Part shown: one piece after another, positions 53,751 to 62,730 of the stretch
How positions within the stretch are numbered: position 1 is the first letter of the stretch
Layout of the letters: each line of letters begins with the position of its first letter
NCBI GenBank assembly: GCA_945882655.1
Contig: CAMCWL010000001.1
Coordinates: forward strand, 1 to 62,730
Reading direction: 5' to 3'
From: Opitutus sp. GAS368
GTDB taxonomy: Bacteria > Verrucomicrobiota > Verrucomicrobiia > Opitutales > UBA953
DNA: 62,730 nucleotides
Program-made: the position numbers and the translations under genes
The notes under the pieces: generated by a model
Databases searched by the model: none
What the model was told of the DNA's origin: nothing
What the model saw: the letters and a program-made list of their open reading frames with translations, nothing else

Positions 53751-55196
53751 TTAGAGGAGTGGCGAGATTACCTTTGAGACCGCTTCGATAATCCGGCCGG
53801 TCAGTGTGCGGCTGCGGCGGTAGAGGTCCTCGGTATAGCGGGTTGATTCCGTCTCCCAGCCCGCGATGAGCGCGCCGACTTCGGCGACCGCCGCGGGATC
53901 GCGCACGACTGCGCCAATCTCGTAATTCAAGAAGAGCGAACGCATATCGAGGTTCGCCGAACCGACAACGAGCTGCGCGTCGTCGACGATGACCAGTTTG
54001 GCGTGCAGGACGTCGGGCTTGAAGAAGAGGATTTCCGCGCCGGCCTCGCGCAGGGTTCGCAGATACCAGCGGCGGGCGAGGTCAAGGAGGCGATGATCCG
54101 AGCGGCGCGGCACCATGATTTTTACGTGACGGCCCGCGTGGGCGGCGGTGACGAGTAGCGTGAAGAGCGTGCGGTCGGGTACGAAGTAAGGTGTCACGAC
54201 CGTGATCGATCGCTTGCAGTTGGAGAACAGCTTCACGTAGGTCTCCCACAGGGGATCGCCTTCGCAGTCGGGGCCCGAGGAGACGACCTCGACGCGCGCC
54301 TGGCCGACGTGAGGCGGGCGCTCGCGTAGCAGCGTCGCGAAAGTCATCGGTGGCTCATCGGTGGCCTGGCACCAGTCGGCGATGAAGACGCGTTCGATGG
54401 CGGCTGCGGTCGGTCCTTCGATCAGAAACGAGCAGTCGCGGAAGCGACGGTTTGAGGGCTTATCGCCCATGTAGCGCATGCCGAGGTTCTGGCCGCCGAT
54501 GACGGCGAACGTCCCGTCGAAGACCGCGATCTTGCGATGGTTACGCCAGTTGGCTGAGCCCTTGCCTTGCGTCGGCAGGGCTGGGTTGAAGCGGGCCACC
54601 TTGCCGCCGGCACGTTGGAGCGGTCGGCAGAGACGCAGCGGGATGCCGAAGCTGCCGATCGCGTCGACGAGTAGGCGGACCTCGATGCCTTCTTTGGCCC
54701 GGGCGGTCAGTAGGCTCACGATCTCGCGGCCAACGGCATCATCGCTGAGGATGTAGGTCGAAAGGCTGATGCGTCGTTTGGCGCCTTTGATCTGCCGACG
54801 CAGTTCCTCTAAAGTGTCGCGGCCTTCGCGGTCGCCCAGGAGGCGGAAGCGGTTGCCGCCAAAGTCTGGTTCGTCGCTCAGTCGCCAGGCGACGCGGTTC
54901 ACTTCCTTCTTCGCATCGGCGAGTGAGGAGTGCTTGCGTCCGCCGAAGATGAAGTGGAGGAGGGCGGTCGAAAGGGGGAAGAACCAAGCCAGCGGCCCCC
55001 AGAGTAGGAGATAGGCAGGGGAGACGCGGGCCCGCATCACGCGTAGTAGCACGTAGATTTGGCAGCCCGTGTGCACGGCCAGCATCGTTTTATCTGGGAG
55101 CAGGTCCGCCCACTCCGCCAAGAGGATCACAGCCGCCGTCAGCAGCGCCAGCGTGGTGCTGCGCGTCAGTCGGCCGTATCCTTGGAACGGAACCAT
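53751..55196 (-). CDS. cls: Cardiolipin synthase (PLD superfamily)
   Basis: N-terminal TM helices are followed by two HKD motifs (HRKIAVFDG....GGQN and HAKLVIVDD....GSANLD). Confidence 0.9.
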   Translation of the reverse strand: MVPFQGYGRLTRSTTLALLTAAVILLAEWADLLPDKTMLAVHTGCQIYVLLRVMRARVSPAYLLLWGPLAWFFPLSTALLHFIFGGRKHSSLADAKKEVNRVAWRLSDEPDFGGNRFRLLGDREGRDTLEELRRQIKGAKRRISLSTYILSDDAVGREIVSLLTARAKEGIEVRLLVDAIGSFGIPLRLCRPLQRAGGKVARFNPALPTQGKGSANWRNHRKIAVFDGTFAVIGGQNLGMRYMGDKPSNRRFRDCSFLIEGPTAAAIERVFIADWCQATDEPPMTFATLLRERPPHVGQARVEVVSSGPDCEGDPLWETYVKLFSNCKRSITVVTPYFVPDRTLFTLLVTAAHAGRHVKIMVPRRSDHRLLDLARRWYLRTLREAGAEILFFKPDVLHAKLVIVDDAQLVVGSANLDMRSLFLNYEIGAVVRDPAAVAEVGALIAGWETESTRYTEDLYRRSRTLTGRIIEAVSKVISPLL

Positions 55197-55232
55197 GTCG
55201 TTAAACTAGTCGCGCCGGCTGGGATTGGGCAC

Positions 55233-55260
55233 AAAAAAAGACCCCGGTTGCCCGGGGTCT
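55233..55260 (-). terminator. Rho-independent terminator after rpsA
   Basis: AGACCCCGG-TTGC-CCGGGGTCT hairpin. On the minus strand it is followed by TTTTTTTG. Confidence 0.85.
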
Positions 55261-55283
55261 GTTTGGTTCCTGTGCAGGACAGC

Positions 55284-57002
55284 TTAGTTGCCGGCCTTGT
55301 CGAGGAGGTCGCCGAGACTGTTGAAGTCTCCGCTGCCCGACGACGAGGAGGACGAACCGCCAGCCGTGGGGGCCGGGGCGCCACCGGTGGACGGACCCTT
55401 GATGCGGTCGTAGCTGCTGATTTCCGCCTGGAGGCGTTCGGCGTCGTAGTTCGCGGCCTTGATCGAGAGACCGATGCGACGGTCTTCCTTGTCGATCTTG
55501 ATGACGCGAGCGGTGACATCCTGGCCGACCTTGACGACGTCCTTGACGTTCTCAACGCGCTGTTCGGCGAGCTGGGAGACGTGCACGAGGCCGTCGATTT
55601 CGTCGGACAGTTCGATGAAGGCACCGAAGTTCGCGATCTTGGAGACCTTGCCAGAGACGAGGTCGCCGATGCGATACTTGCGGTCGATTTCGCTCCACGG
55701 ATCGGTCTGGGTCTGCTTGACGCCCAGGGAGATGCGCTGCTGATCGACATCGACGTCGAGCACGATGGCTTCCACGTCGTCGCCCTTCTTCATGACTTCG
55801 GCCGGGTTGTTGATGCGGCGGGTCCAGCTCATGTCGGACACGTGCACCATGCCGTCGATACCATCTTCCAGTTCGACGAACGCACCGTAGTTGGTGAGGT
55901 TGCGCACCTTGCCGCGGACGCGGGCGCCCACCGGGTAGTTGTGGCGGACCTTTTCCCACGGATTGGTTTCGAGCTGGCGGATGCCGAGCGAGATCTTCTG
56001 TTCTTCCTTATTGAAGTTGAGGATGATCGCATCGACTTCCTGGCCGACCTTGAGGATGTCAGACGGCTTCTGGACGCGCTTGGTCCAGGAGAGTTCGGAG
56101 ACGTGCACGAGGCCTTCGACGCCGCCTTCGATTTCGATGAACGCACCGTAGGCGACGAGGTTGACGACCTTGCCGTGGACCTTCTGGCCGACGGGGTAGC
56201 GCTTCTCGATGCCTTCCCAAGGATTGGGCTGGGTCTGCTTGAGGCCGAGGGAGACGCGTTCGCGCTCGCGATCGACTTCGACGACCATGACGGTGATTTC
56301 TTCGCCGACTTTGACGACTTCGCTCGGGTGGCCGATGCGGCCCCAGGACATGTCGGTTACGTGCAGCAGGCCGTCGAGACCGTCGAGGTCCACGAACGCG
56401 CCGTAGTCGGTGATATTCTTGACGATACCGCGACGGACGACGCCGGGCTTGACCTCCTCGAGGAGCTTGCGACGGCTTTCGCCACGCTGTTCTTCGATGA
56501 GTTCGCGACGGGAGACGACGAGGTTCTTCTTCTCCTTGTTGATCTTGATGATCTTGAAGTCGAAGGTCTGGCCCACGAACTGTTCGAGGTTCTTGGGGGG
56601 ATTGACGTCAATCTGAGAGGAGGGCATGAACGCGTCGACGCCGACGGAGACGATGAGGCCTCCCTTGACGATGGACTTGACGCGGCCTTGGACGATGGAG
56701 CCTTCCTGGCAGGTGGCTTCGATGATTTCCCACTTCCGGATTTGGAGGGCGCGATCGTAGGAGACGGTCGGGGTGCCGTCCTTGTTCTCAAGCTTTTCGA
56801 GGTAGACCTCGAGCTGCATGCCGACCTGGACTTCGGCCATGTCGGGGAATTCGCCCTGGGGGATGAAACCCTCGGACTTGCCGTTGATGTCCACGACGAC
56901 GAATTTGTCGTCACGGATTTCGGTGACCGTGGCGGTGATCACGGAGTGTTGCTTGAGCGCGCCGAAATTGGACTCGGCGAGCAGTTTTTCCATTAGGCTC
57001 AT
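55284..57002 (-). CDS. rpsA: 30S ribosomal protein S1
   Basis: Six S1 OB-fold repeats (G.V..I...GAFV.L....G..H.S). The start is trimmed to ATG 57002 (or 56993). Confidence 0.95.
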   Translation of the reverse strand: MSLMEKLLAESNFGALKQHSVITATVTEIRDDKFVVVDINGKSEGFIPQGEFPDMAEVQVGMQLEVYLEKLENKDGTPTVSYDRALQIRKWEIIEATCQEGSIVQGRVKSIVKGGLIVSVGVDAFMPSSQIDVNPPKNLEQFVGQTFDFKIIKINKEKKNLVVSRRELIEEQRGESRRKLLEEVKPGVVRRGIVKNITDYGAFVDLDGLDGLLHVTDMSWGRIGHPSEVVKVGEEITVMVVEVDRERERVSLGLKQTQPNPWEGIEKRYPVGQKVHGKVVNLVAYGAFIEIEGGVEGLVHVSELSWTKRVQKPSDILKVGQEVDAIILNFNKEEQKISLGIRQLETNPWEKVRHNYPVGARVRGKVRNLTNYGAFVELEDGIDGMVHVSDMSWTRRINNPAEVMKKGDDVEAIVLDVDVDQQRISLGVKQTQTDPWSEIDRKYRIGDLVSGKVSKIANFGAFIELSDEIDGLVHVSQLAEQRVENVKDVVKVGQDVTARVIKIDKEDRRIGLSIKAANYDAERLQAEISSYDRIKGPSTGGAPAPTAGGSSSSSSGSGDFNSLGDLLDKAGN

Positions 57003-57192
57003 GTTGTTTTGACTGTTTGTCCTGGCCGTCGCGGAGGACGTTTCCAGGGTTTGGTTGGTTTTTGGGTTTCCCGTCGGAGGGTCCACTGACAGATGCCAGC
57101 GGGCCGATAGGAAGGTCTAACGAACCGTCCGCCTGCCCGGTTGGCAAGAGGAATGTAGGCTCTAAAGGCCTCTTCGTGCCGCCAGCCTGGGC

Positions 57193-58155
57193 TTATTTGC
57201 CGGCTGGGCGGGCCCGGACCACATAATCCACGATCCCGGCGGCGATGGCCTCGGCAATCTTCTGGCGGTAGGCGGCGTCGGCAATCAGGGCGGCTTCCTT
57301 GCGGCTCGACATGAACCCCCCTTCGATGAGGACGCCGGGGCAGGATAGGGTGCGCAGGACGGCGAAGCGGGCGCGCCGCACGCCGCGGTCGTCGGCGCCG
57401 GTGCTCTTGACCAATCGGCGCTGGACACCCCAGGCGAGCGCCATGTTGGCGGTATCAAAACGGTTCCCGGGTTCGGTACCTGTGGTCGACTTGGCCTTGC
57501 CGGCGTTTGTCGATCGCTGGCCAGCCGGGGTGAGGCAGTAGGTCTCGATGCCGTCGGCGGTGGTGTCCCCGGTGGGCCCGGCGTTATAGTGCAGGCTGAT
57601 GAAGAGGTCGGCCTTAAGGGATGTGGCCATGGCGGCGCGGTCATCGAGGTCCAGGAAGACGTCCTTGGTGCGGGTGAACAGGACCTCGAAGCCTTGCTTC
57701 TCGAGCAGAATCTTCAGGCGAGCGGCGGTGTCGAGCGTGGCGGCCTTCTCGGTGTACTTGAAGTGACCGCTGACCTTGCCGGTGTCCTTGCCGCCGTGGC
57801 CGGGATCCAAGACAATGCGCCGAACGGGGTCCTTGGGTAGGTCCCAGAAAAGCGGGACGAAGACTTTATCGTAGTCACGCTTGGAGACGGTGAGGTGGCC
57901 GCGCTGCGAACCCACTGCGTCGTCGAGCATGACCTTCACGCCATCGACTAGGATGAACTCCTTGCTGTATTCTGCGAAGAGGGAGATGCCGCTACGTGAG
58001 ACATAGCGTTCGGAACTACGGCCATCGCCCGCCTGGCGCGCGGCGTCGCGCAGGCCGAGCTGGCGTACGGACTCACCGAGGTAATAGTCGGTCGAGGCTG
58101 CAGAAAGCATCGCGCCGACGCCGAGCAGCAGAAGTATCGCTGCGAAGCGCCGCAC
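57193..58155 (-). CDS. N-acetylmuramoyl-L-alanine amidase (Amidase_3 family)
   Basis: Has a signal peptide, VLDPGHGGKDTG, ADLFISLHYNA and GVLIEGGFMS. The start is GTG, 4 nt after the infC stop. Confidence 0.88.
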   Translation of the reverse strand: MRRFAAILLLLGVGAMLSAASTDYYLGESVRQLGLRDAARQAGDGRSSERYVSRSGISLFAEYSKEFILVDGVKVMLDDAVGSQRGHLTVSKRDYDKVFVPLFWDLPKDPVRRIVLDPGHGGKDTGKVSGHFKYTEKAATLDTAARLKILLEKQGFEVLFTRTKDVFLDLDDRAAMATSLKADLFISLHYNAGPTGDTTADGIETYCLTPAGQRSTNAGKAKSTTGTEPGNRFDTANMALAWGVQRRLVKSTGADDRGVRRARFAVLRTLSCPGVLIEGGFMSSRKEAALIADAAYRQKIAEAIAAGIVDYVVRARPAGK

Positions 58156-58159
58156 GTTC

Positions 58160-58888
58160 TTATTCGGCGTCGTTCTCGCCGTTGTCTACCGCGGAGTCGT
58201 CCTCGCCATCTTCTTCTCCCGGGGTCTCGTTGTGCACGAGCTTGCGCTTATTCTGCTGGACGGGCGTGAGGCCGACGACGATCGCACGGCCGCTCCGCTT
58301 GGGCTCATTGTCGCGCGTGCTGATGTGCGCCAGGGCCTCGATGGCCTTGGTGATCGTGGCGATACCGATTTCCGGGTGCTCGAGCTCACGATAGCGATAC
58401 TGGAGCAACAGCTTGATCTTGTGGCCGTGAAAGAGGAAGTTCTCGGCGCGGCGGACCTTGATGAAGAGGTCATGCACATCGATGCGCGGACGGAGTTTGA
58501 TTTCCTTAACTTTCGTCGCGGTCTTCTGGTGCTTGTTCTTCTTGGCTTCTTCGTAGAGGTACTTGCCGTATTCCTGCAGCTTGCAGACGGGCGGAACGGC
58601 GGTCGCGGCGATCTCGATGAGGTCGACGCCGAATTCACGGGCGAGGTCGAGCGCCTGCTGCGTGGGCATCACGCCCATCATTTCTCCCTTGGGGGAGATG
58701 ACACGCACTTCGGTCGCACGGATGCGGTCGTTGCGCTTGGGCCCTTTGTCTTCTTTGCGGAAGTTGCCGCGATTCTGTCCCGCGTTGTTCTTCGGGCGGG
58801 GGCTTTTAGGACGATAGGGCGAAGGCATTAGGTACTGCGGAGGTGTCTGGTCGATAAACTCCCCGTTTGTCGTCGATGGTTCAAGCAC
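58160..58888 (-). CDS. infC: Translation initiation factor IF-3 (start codon uncertain)
   Basis: Has RIRATEVRVISPKGEMMGVMPTQQALDLAREFGVDLIEIA and the C-domain KEIKLRPRIDVHD. It has basic N-terminal and acidic C-terminal extensions. The start could be GTG 58888, ATG 58828 or an unusual codon. Confidence 0.85.
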   Translation of the reverse strand: MLEPSTTNGEFIDQTPPQYLMPSPYRPKSPRPKNNAGQNRGNFRKEDKGPKRNDRIRATEVRVISPKGEMMGVMPTQQALDLAREFGVDLIEIAATAVPPVCKLQEYGKYLYEEAKKNKHQKTATKVKEIKLRPRIDVHDLFIKVRRAENFLFHGHKIKLLLQYRYRELEHPEIGIATITKAIEALAHISTRDNEPKRSGRAIVVGLTPVQQNKRKLVHNETPGEEDGEDDSAVDNGENDAE

Positions 58889-58922
58889 CGATTATCAATG
58901 CCGCGCCGCCTGCGCCGTCGGC

Positions 58923-59399
58923 TTACTTCGCCGCGGCGATCGCTGCGAGGAGTTGCTTGCCGTGCTCGGCGGCCTCGACCTTAGGGACGATGCCGACGAG
59001 TTTGCCATCGCCGTCGAAAAGGTAGGCGGCCCGGAGCGGTCCGAGGTACTTCTTCCCGTACATGGACTTTTCGACGATGGCATCGAGGGCCTTCGAGAAG
59101 AGGTCTTCCGGGTCCGAAACCAGGGTGAACTTATACCCGTGCTTAGCGGCGTACTTGGTGTGGGACGTGCAAGTATCCCGGGAGACGGCAATCAACCTAA
59201 AACCTTGTCTGACAATGGCTTTCTCGTTTTTACCCATCTCGGCGGCCTGTTTGTCGCAGGCCGACGTGTTGTTGCGCATATAGACGGAAACGATGGTCGG
59301 ACCGTCAAAAAGGTCAGCAAACGTCCCATTGATGGGCTTACCGTCCACTAAGGCATCTACTTTGAAAGACAGTTTAGGCTTTTTTCCGAGGGAAAGCAT
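58923..59399 (-). CDS. Peroxiredoxin/redoxin-fold protein (Bcp-like, single Cys)
   Basis: The start is trimmed to ATG 59399. VSVYMRNNTSACDKQAAEM matches the peroxiredoxin TxxC region. Size is 158 aa. Confidence 0.65.
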   Translation of the reverse strand: MLSLGKKPKLSFKVDALVDGKPINGTFADLFDGPTIVSVYMRNNTSACDKQAAEMGKNEKAIVRQGFRLIAVSRDTCTSHTKYAAKHGYKFTLVSDPEDLFSKALDAIVEKSMYGKKYLGPLRAAYLFDGDGKLVGIVPKVEAAEHGKQLLAAIAAAK

Positions 59400-59561
59400 G
59401 GTTTTTAGGTTTGGTTGTAGGGCAGGGGAGCGGGCTTGGCCCAGATTGTCAAACGGCCAGCCCGATCCGTCGCCCGCCAGAAAGTGAGCCCATCTCCGCT
59501 CCCTCGGCCCTTTCCCCTTTACAAGTCCCCTCGGACGCCCTTTGTTCCGACCCTTTCCGCC

Positions 59562-59753
59562 ATGCAAAAGACCCGCAAGTCAGTCTCCAAGCGCTTCAAG
59601 GTGACCGGTACCGGCAAAGTGATGCGCCGTTCCCCTAATGGCCGCCACCTGTTGAGCTCCAAGTCCCGCAAGCAGCGTCGTCGCGCCAATAAGTCCAAGC
59701 GCGTCGACTCCGGCTTCGAGAAGAAGATGCTGGCCAGCATGCCTTTCGCCTAA
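59562..59753 (+). CDS. rpmI: 50S ribosomal protein L35
   Basis: MQKTRKSVSKRFKVTGTGKVMRR..GRHLL, starting at ATG 59562. Confidence 0.93.
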   Translation: MQKTRKSVSKRFKVTGTGKVMRRSPNGRHLLSSKSRKQRRRANKSKRVDSGFEKKMLASMPFA

Positions 59754-59837
59754 ACCGGCGATCCACTTTTTGGCCGAACGGGTGTTCATTAAGGCGACCC
59801 CGAGGCCATCTAACCAAAACCAAAACCAAATACCAAC

Positions 59838-60194
59838 ATGCCTAGAGCAACCAATGGCCCGGCCACCAAGGCCCGTAAGAAGCGCGCGATTAAAGCCGCT
59901 AAGGGCTACTTCGGAAACAAATCCCGTCTGTACGTCTACGCCCTCGAGGCCGTTCAGCGCGCGCAGAAGTTCGCTTATCGCGACCGCCGCAAGAACAAGT
60001 CGACGTTCCGTCAGCTTTGGATCGTGCGTCTCAACGCCGCCTGCCGTCCCCTCGGCATTTCCTACAGCCGTCTGATCTCTGGTCTGAAAAAGGCCAACAT
60101 CACGATGGACCGTAAGAATCTGAGCGAACTGGCCATCCATGACGCCCCCGCTTTCGAAGCGATCGTCAAGAAGGCCCAGGCCGCGCTCGTCTAA
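59838..60194 (+). CDS. rplT: 50S ribosomal protein L20
   Basis: Has MPRATNGPATKARKKRAIKAAKGYFG and FRQLWIVRLNAA. Confidence 0.96.
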   Translation: MPRATNGPATKARKKRAIKAAKGYFGNKSRLYVYALEAVQRAQKFAYRDRRKNKSTFRQLWIVRLNAACRPLGISYSRLISGLKKANITMDRKNLSELAIHDAPAFEAIVKKAQAALV

Positions 60195-60215
60195 GACGAT
60201 TTAACGTCCCTTCAC

Positions 60216-60247
60216 GAAGCCCCGGCCCTCCGGGGCTTCTTTGTTTT
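60216..60247 (+). terminator. Hairpin terminator/attenuator between rplT and pheS
   Basis: GAAGCCCCGG-CCCT-CCGGGGCTTC followed by TTTGTTTT. Confidence 0.8.
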
Positions 60248-60295
60248 ACGGTGCTTTCGCTTGCCGATTATCCCCTCCAACGCACAAATCAATCC

Positions 60296-61336
60296 ATGCA
60301 GCAGCAGCTCGCCCAACTTGTCGCCGCCGCCACCCAGGAAGCCTCCGCCGTCGCCACCCGCGCCGAGCTCGAAGCCTTCAAGGCGCGCGTCGTCGGCCCC
60401 AATGGCTCCCTGACCCAAGTGATGAAGGGGATGGCCACCCTCTCGAAGGAAGAACGCCCAGTCGTGGGCAAGCTCATCAATGAGGCGAAGAAGTCCGTCG
60501 AGGAACTCCTCGCTACACTCTTGGTCAAGGTCGAGAACGCCGAGATCGCCGCCGCCCTCGGCACGTCCGTCGACCCAACCCTCCCAAGCCCCGATGCTCC
60601 GGCTGGTTCACTCCATCCTCTCTCCCGCACCCGCGAACGCATCCTCGCCTCCTTCCGCAAGCTGGGCTTCGTCGTCGCCGATGGTCCTGAGGTCGAGACG
60701 GAGTGGCATTGCTTCGACGCGCTCAACACGCCTGCCGATCACCCGGCTCGCGACATGCAGGACACGCTCTACATGCCGAAGGCGTTCCGCTCCGCCGACG
60801 CGCCCCGCAAGGCCGACGAAGCAATCCTTCTCCGCACGCACACGTCCAGCGTGCAGGTCCGGACGATGCTCTCGCGCAAGCCGCCGTTCCGCATCGTCGC
60901 CCCGGGTCGCTGCTTCCGCCGCGATGCGGTCGACGCAACGCACTCCGCTAACTTCCACCAAGTCGAAGGGCTCTGGATCGATCGCAATGTGACGCTCGCC
61001 GATCTCCGCGGCGTGCTCGACTTCTTCGTGAAGGAGACCTTCGGCGCCGATGCTGAGATTCGCCTGCGCCCGTCGTTCTTCCCGTTCACGGAACCGTCCT
61101 TTGAGATGGACCTCCGCTCGCCTAACCTGGGCCGCCTTTCCAATCGCTGGCTGGAAATCATGGGTTGCGGCCTCGTCGACCCGAAGGTGCTCGAACTCTG
61201 CGGCCTCGATCCGAACGAATGGTCGGGCCTCGCCTTCGGCCTCGGCCTCGAACGCATCACGATGCTGGTCCATGGCATCGACGACATCCGCCACTTCTAC
61301 AACAACGACACGCGCTTCCTGCGCCAGTTCGCCTAA
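60296..61336 (+). CDS. pheS: Phenylalanine--tRNA ligase alpha subunit
   Basis: The start is trimmed to ATG 60296, downstream of the terminator tail. Has HPLSRTRERI, the class II motifs (FRRD, GLGLERI) and HPARDMQDT. Confidence 0.95.
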   Translation: MQQQLAQLVAAATQEASAVATRAELEAFKARVVGPNGSLTQVMKGMATLSKEERPVVGKLINEAKKSVEELLATLLVKVENAEIAAALGTSVDPTLPSPDAPAGSLHPLSRTRERILASFRKLGFVVADGPEVETEWHCFDALNTPADHPARDMQDTLYMPKAFRSADAPRKADEAILLRTHTSSVQVRTMLSRKPPFRIVAPGRCFRRDAVDATHSANFHQVEGLWIDRNVTLADLRGVLDFFVKETFGADAEIRLRPSFFPFTEPSFEMDLRSPNLGRLSNRWLEIMGCGLVDPKVLELCGLDPNEWSGLAFGLGLERITMLVHGIDDIRHFYNNDTRFLRQFA

Positions 61337-61339
61337 GCC

Positions 61340-62730
61340 ATGAAAGTCTCTTTCCAAGCCCTCTCCCGTCACCTCGATCTCGGCGGCATCACCGCCGAGC
61401 GCGTCGCAGAAGTCCTCCCGATGCTCGGCCTCGAGGTGGAGTCGGTTACGACCTTCGGCCTCGCCCCGATGCCGCTCGTGGTGGTCGGTGAAATCAAATC
61501 TTTCGAGAAGCACCCGAAGGCCGATCGTCTCAGCGTCTGCCAGGTCGACGTCGGCGACGGCGCCATCCGCCAAATCGTCTGCGGTGCGAAGAATTTCAAG
61601 GCGGGCGACCGGGTGCCGGTGGCTCTCCCGGGCACCGTGATGCCGAGCGGTTTCGCCATCTCGGTCTCGAAGCTCCGCGACGTCGACTCGGCGGGTATGA
61701 TGTGCTCCTCCGAAGAACTGGGCCTCGGCAAAGGCGAGGACGGTCTGCTCATCCTGACGCCGCGCCAGCCGGCCCTCGGTGCACCGCTCAATTCTCTTTT
61801 CGGTGCGCCGGATACGGTGCTCGAAATCTCGGTCACGCCTAACCGCGGTGATTGCCTCGGTATCCGCGGCGTCGCCCGCGACCTCGCCGCCGCGCTGGGC
61901 CTCACGCTCAAGCCGCTCACGGTGAAGACCGACGCCGGCTTCGTCGCCGCGCCTTCAGCCACCGATGCAGTGAAGTTCGTCCGCTCGTCCTCCGAGTTCT
62001 GCCCTTACTACACGCTCCGTACGTTGAAGAACGTGAAGGTCGGCCCGAGCCCGGAATGGCTCCGCCGCGACCTCGAGGCCGCTGGCCTCCGTCCAATCAA
62101 CAACGTGGTCGATATCACGAACTGGGTGTTGCTCGAGCTCGGCCAGCCGCTCCACGCGTTCGATGCGAAGAAGGTTTCCGAAGGTATCGAGGCCCGCCCG
62201 GCCCGCGAAGGCGAAGAGATCGTGCTGCTCGACGGCAAGAAGGTGAAGCTCGAGACTGGCGTCTGCGTCATCGCCGATGCCCAGCGCCCGCTCGTCGTCG
62301 CCGGCGTGATGGGTGGCGTCGATTCTGGTGTGGCCGATTCCACGACCGACATCCTGCTGGAAGCCGCTTGGTTCCGCCCTGGCGAAATCCGCCGCGTCGC
62401 CCGCCGCATTGGCGTGTCGACCGACTCTTCCCATCGCTTCGCCCGTGACGTGGACCCGGCCGGCGTCGAGCTCGCCTCGCGCCTCGCCACGGATCTCCTC
62501 ATCGAACTCGCTGGTGCTCAGGTATCCGGTCCCGCCGTCGCCGTCGGTAAGCCCCCGCGCGCTGACGTGACGATCGAGCTGCCCGCTGGCTATGTCGCTG
62601 CGAAGCTCGGCACGCCGATCGCCGACGCCGATGTCTCCGCCGCCTTTGCTCGTCTCGGTTTCACCGTGAAGCCTTCCGCCACCGGCTTCTCGGTGCTGGT
62701 GCCTTCGTTCCGCTCCGACGTGACCCGTCC
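61340..62730 (+). CDS. pheT: Phenylalanine--tRNA ligase beta subunit (3' partial, runs off the window)
   Basis: Hand translation from ATG 61340 gives MKVSFQALSRHLDLGGITAERVAEVLPMLGLEVESV...GEIKSFEKHPKADRLSVCQVDVGDG..IVCGAKNF (tRNA-binding OB domain). The frame stays open to the window end. Confidence 0.92.
   Translation, partial: MKVSFQALSRHLDLGGITAERVAEVLPMLGLEVESVTTFGLAPMPLVVVGEIKSFEKHPKADRLSVCQVDVGDGAIRQIVCGAKNFKAGDRVPVALPGTVMPSGFAISVSKLRDVDSAGMMCSSEELGLGKGEDGLLILTPRQPALGAPLNSLFGAPDTVLEISVTPNRGDCLGIRGVARDLAAALGLTLKPLTVKTDAGFVAAPSATDAVKFVRSSSEFCPYYTLRTLKNVKVGPSPEWLRRDLEAAGLRPINNVVDITNWVLLELGQPLHAFDAKKVSEGIEARPAREGEEIVLLDGKKVKLETGVCVIADAQRPLVVAGVMGGVDSGVADSTTDILLEAAWFRPGEIRRVARRIGVSTDSSHRFARDVDPAGVELASRLATDLLIELAGAQVSGPAVAVGKPPRADVTIELPAGYVAAKLGTPIADADVSAAFARLGFTVKPSATGFSVLVPSFRSDVTR

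Noticed and set aside
55059-56996. 645-aa plus-strand ORF covering almost all of rpsA
   Set aside because: It is the mirror frame of the S1 gene. Its translation is low-complexity (runs of D, L, E, V, G) with no motifs, while the minus-strand frame gives six clean S1 repeats. This is a typical high-GC shadow ORF.
60251-60295. GTG 60251 as the pheS start, and a possible pheM-like leader peptide
   Set aside because: The GTG lies 4 nt after the terminator T-tail and adds 15 residues that are not conserved in appearance. ATG 60296 (MQQQLAQL) is more plausible. No separate short Phe-rich leader ORF is present between rplT and pheS.

Overview
This is a high-GC, gene-dense bacterial chromosomal window with genes on both strands and many 1-17 nt start/stop overlaps. 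Gene content, a long-form GreA and A/C-rich leaders without clear Shine-Dalgarno sequences suggest a PVC-group organism such as Verrucomicrobiota, but that is inference only. Most of the window is housekeeping: tRNA(CAT), mutL, uvrB, nadE, thrB-thrC, rlmN, rpe, rpmF-plsX-fabH, lpxA, pdxA, rsmI, pgi, ilvD, scpB, pheA, glyQS, metX, cls, rpsA, infC and rpmI-rplT-pheS-pheT (3' partial). I saw no rRNA, CRISPR array, transposase, integrase or recognisable defence genes. Two real genes are absent from the ORF track because they are under 60 aa: rpmF (36354-36533) and a 56-aa lipoprotein (41437-41607). Many ORF-track starts are over-extended and were trimmed. The long mirror-strand ORFs are high-GC artefacts. 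The strongest candidate for something new is at 257-4306. It holds three tandem paralogs of a divergent vWA/MIDAS-like module. Two of them carry a TonB/TolA-type SxxxH membrane anchor and a Gly-rich linker in place of a TonB or TolA C-terminal domain, and a YbgC-type thioesterase follows directly. A TonB-less exbB-exbD-exbD operon headed by two secreted TPR proteins (21469-27593) could be the matching motor. Other points of interest are a small secreted Lys/Glu-rich protein with three Cys-pair repeats (37242-37499), a MurU-AmgK fusion, an ArsR-methyltransferase fusion, an orphan MCE-domain gene coupled to pheA, and an unknown gene coupled to lpxA. All functional calls rest on motif recognition by eye and were not checked against any database.
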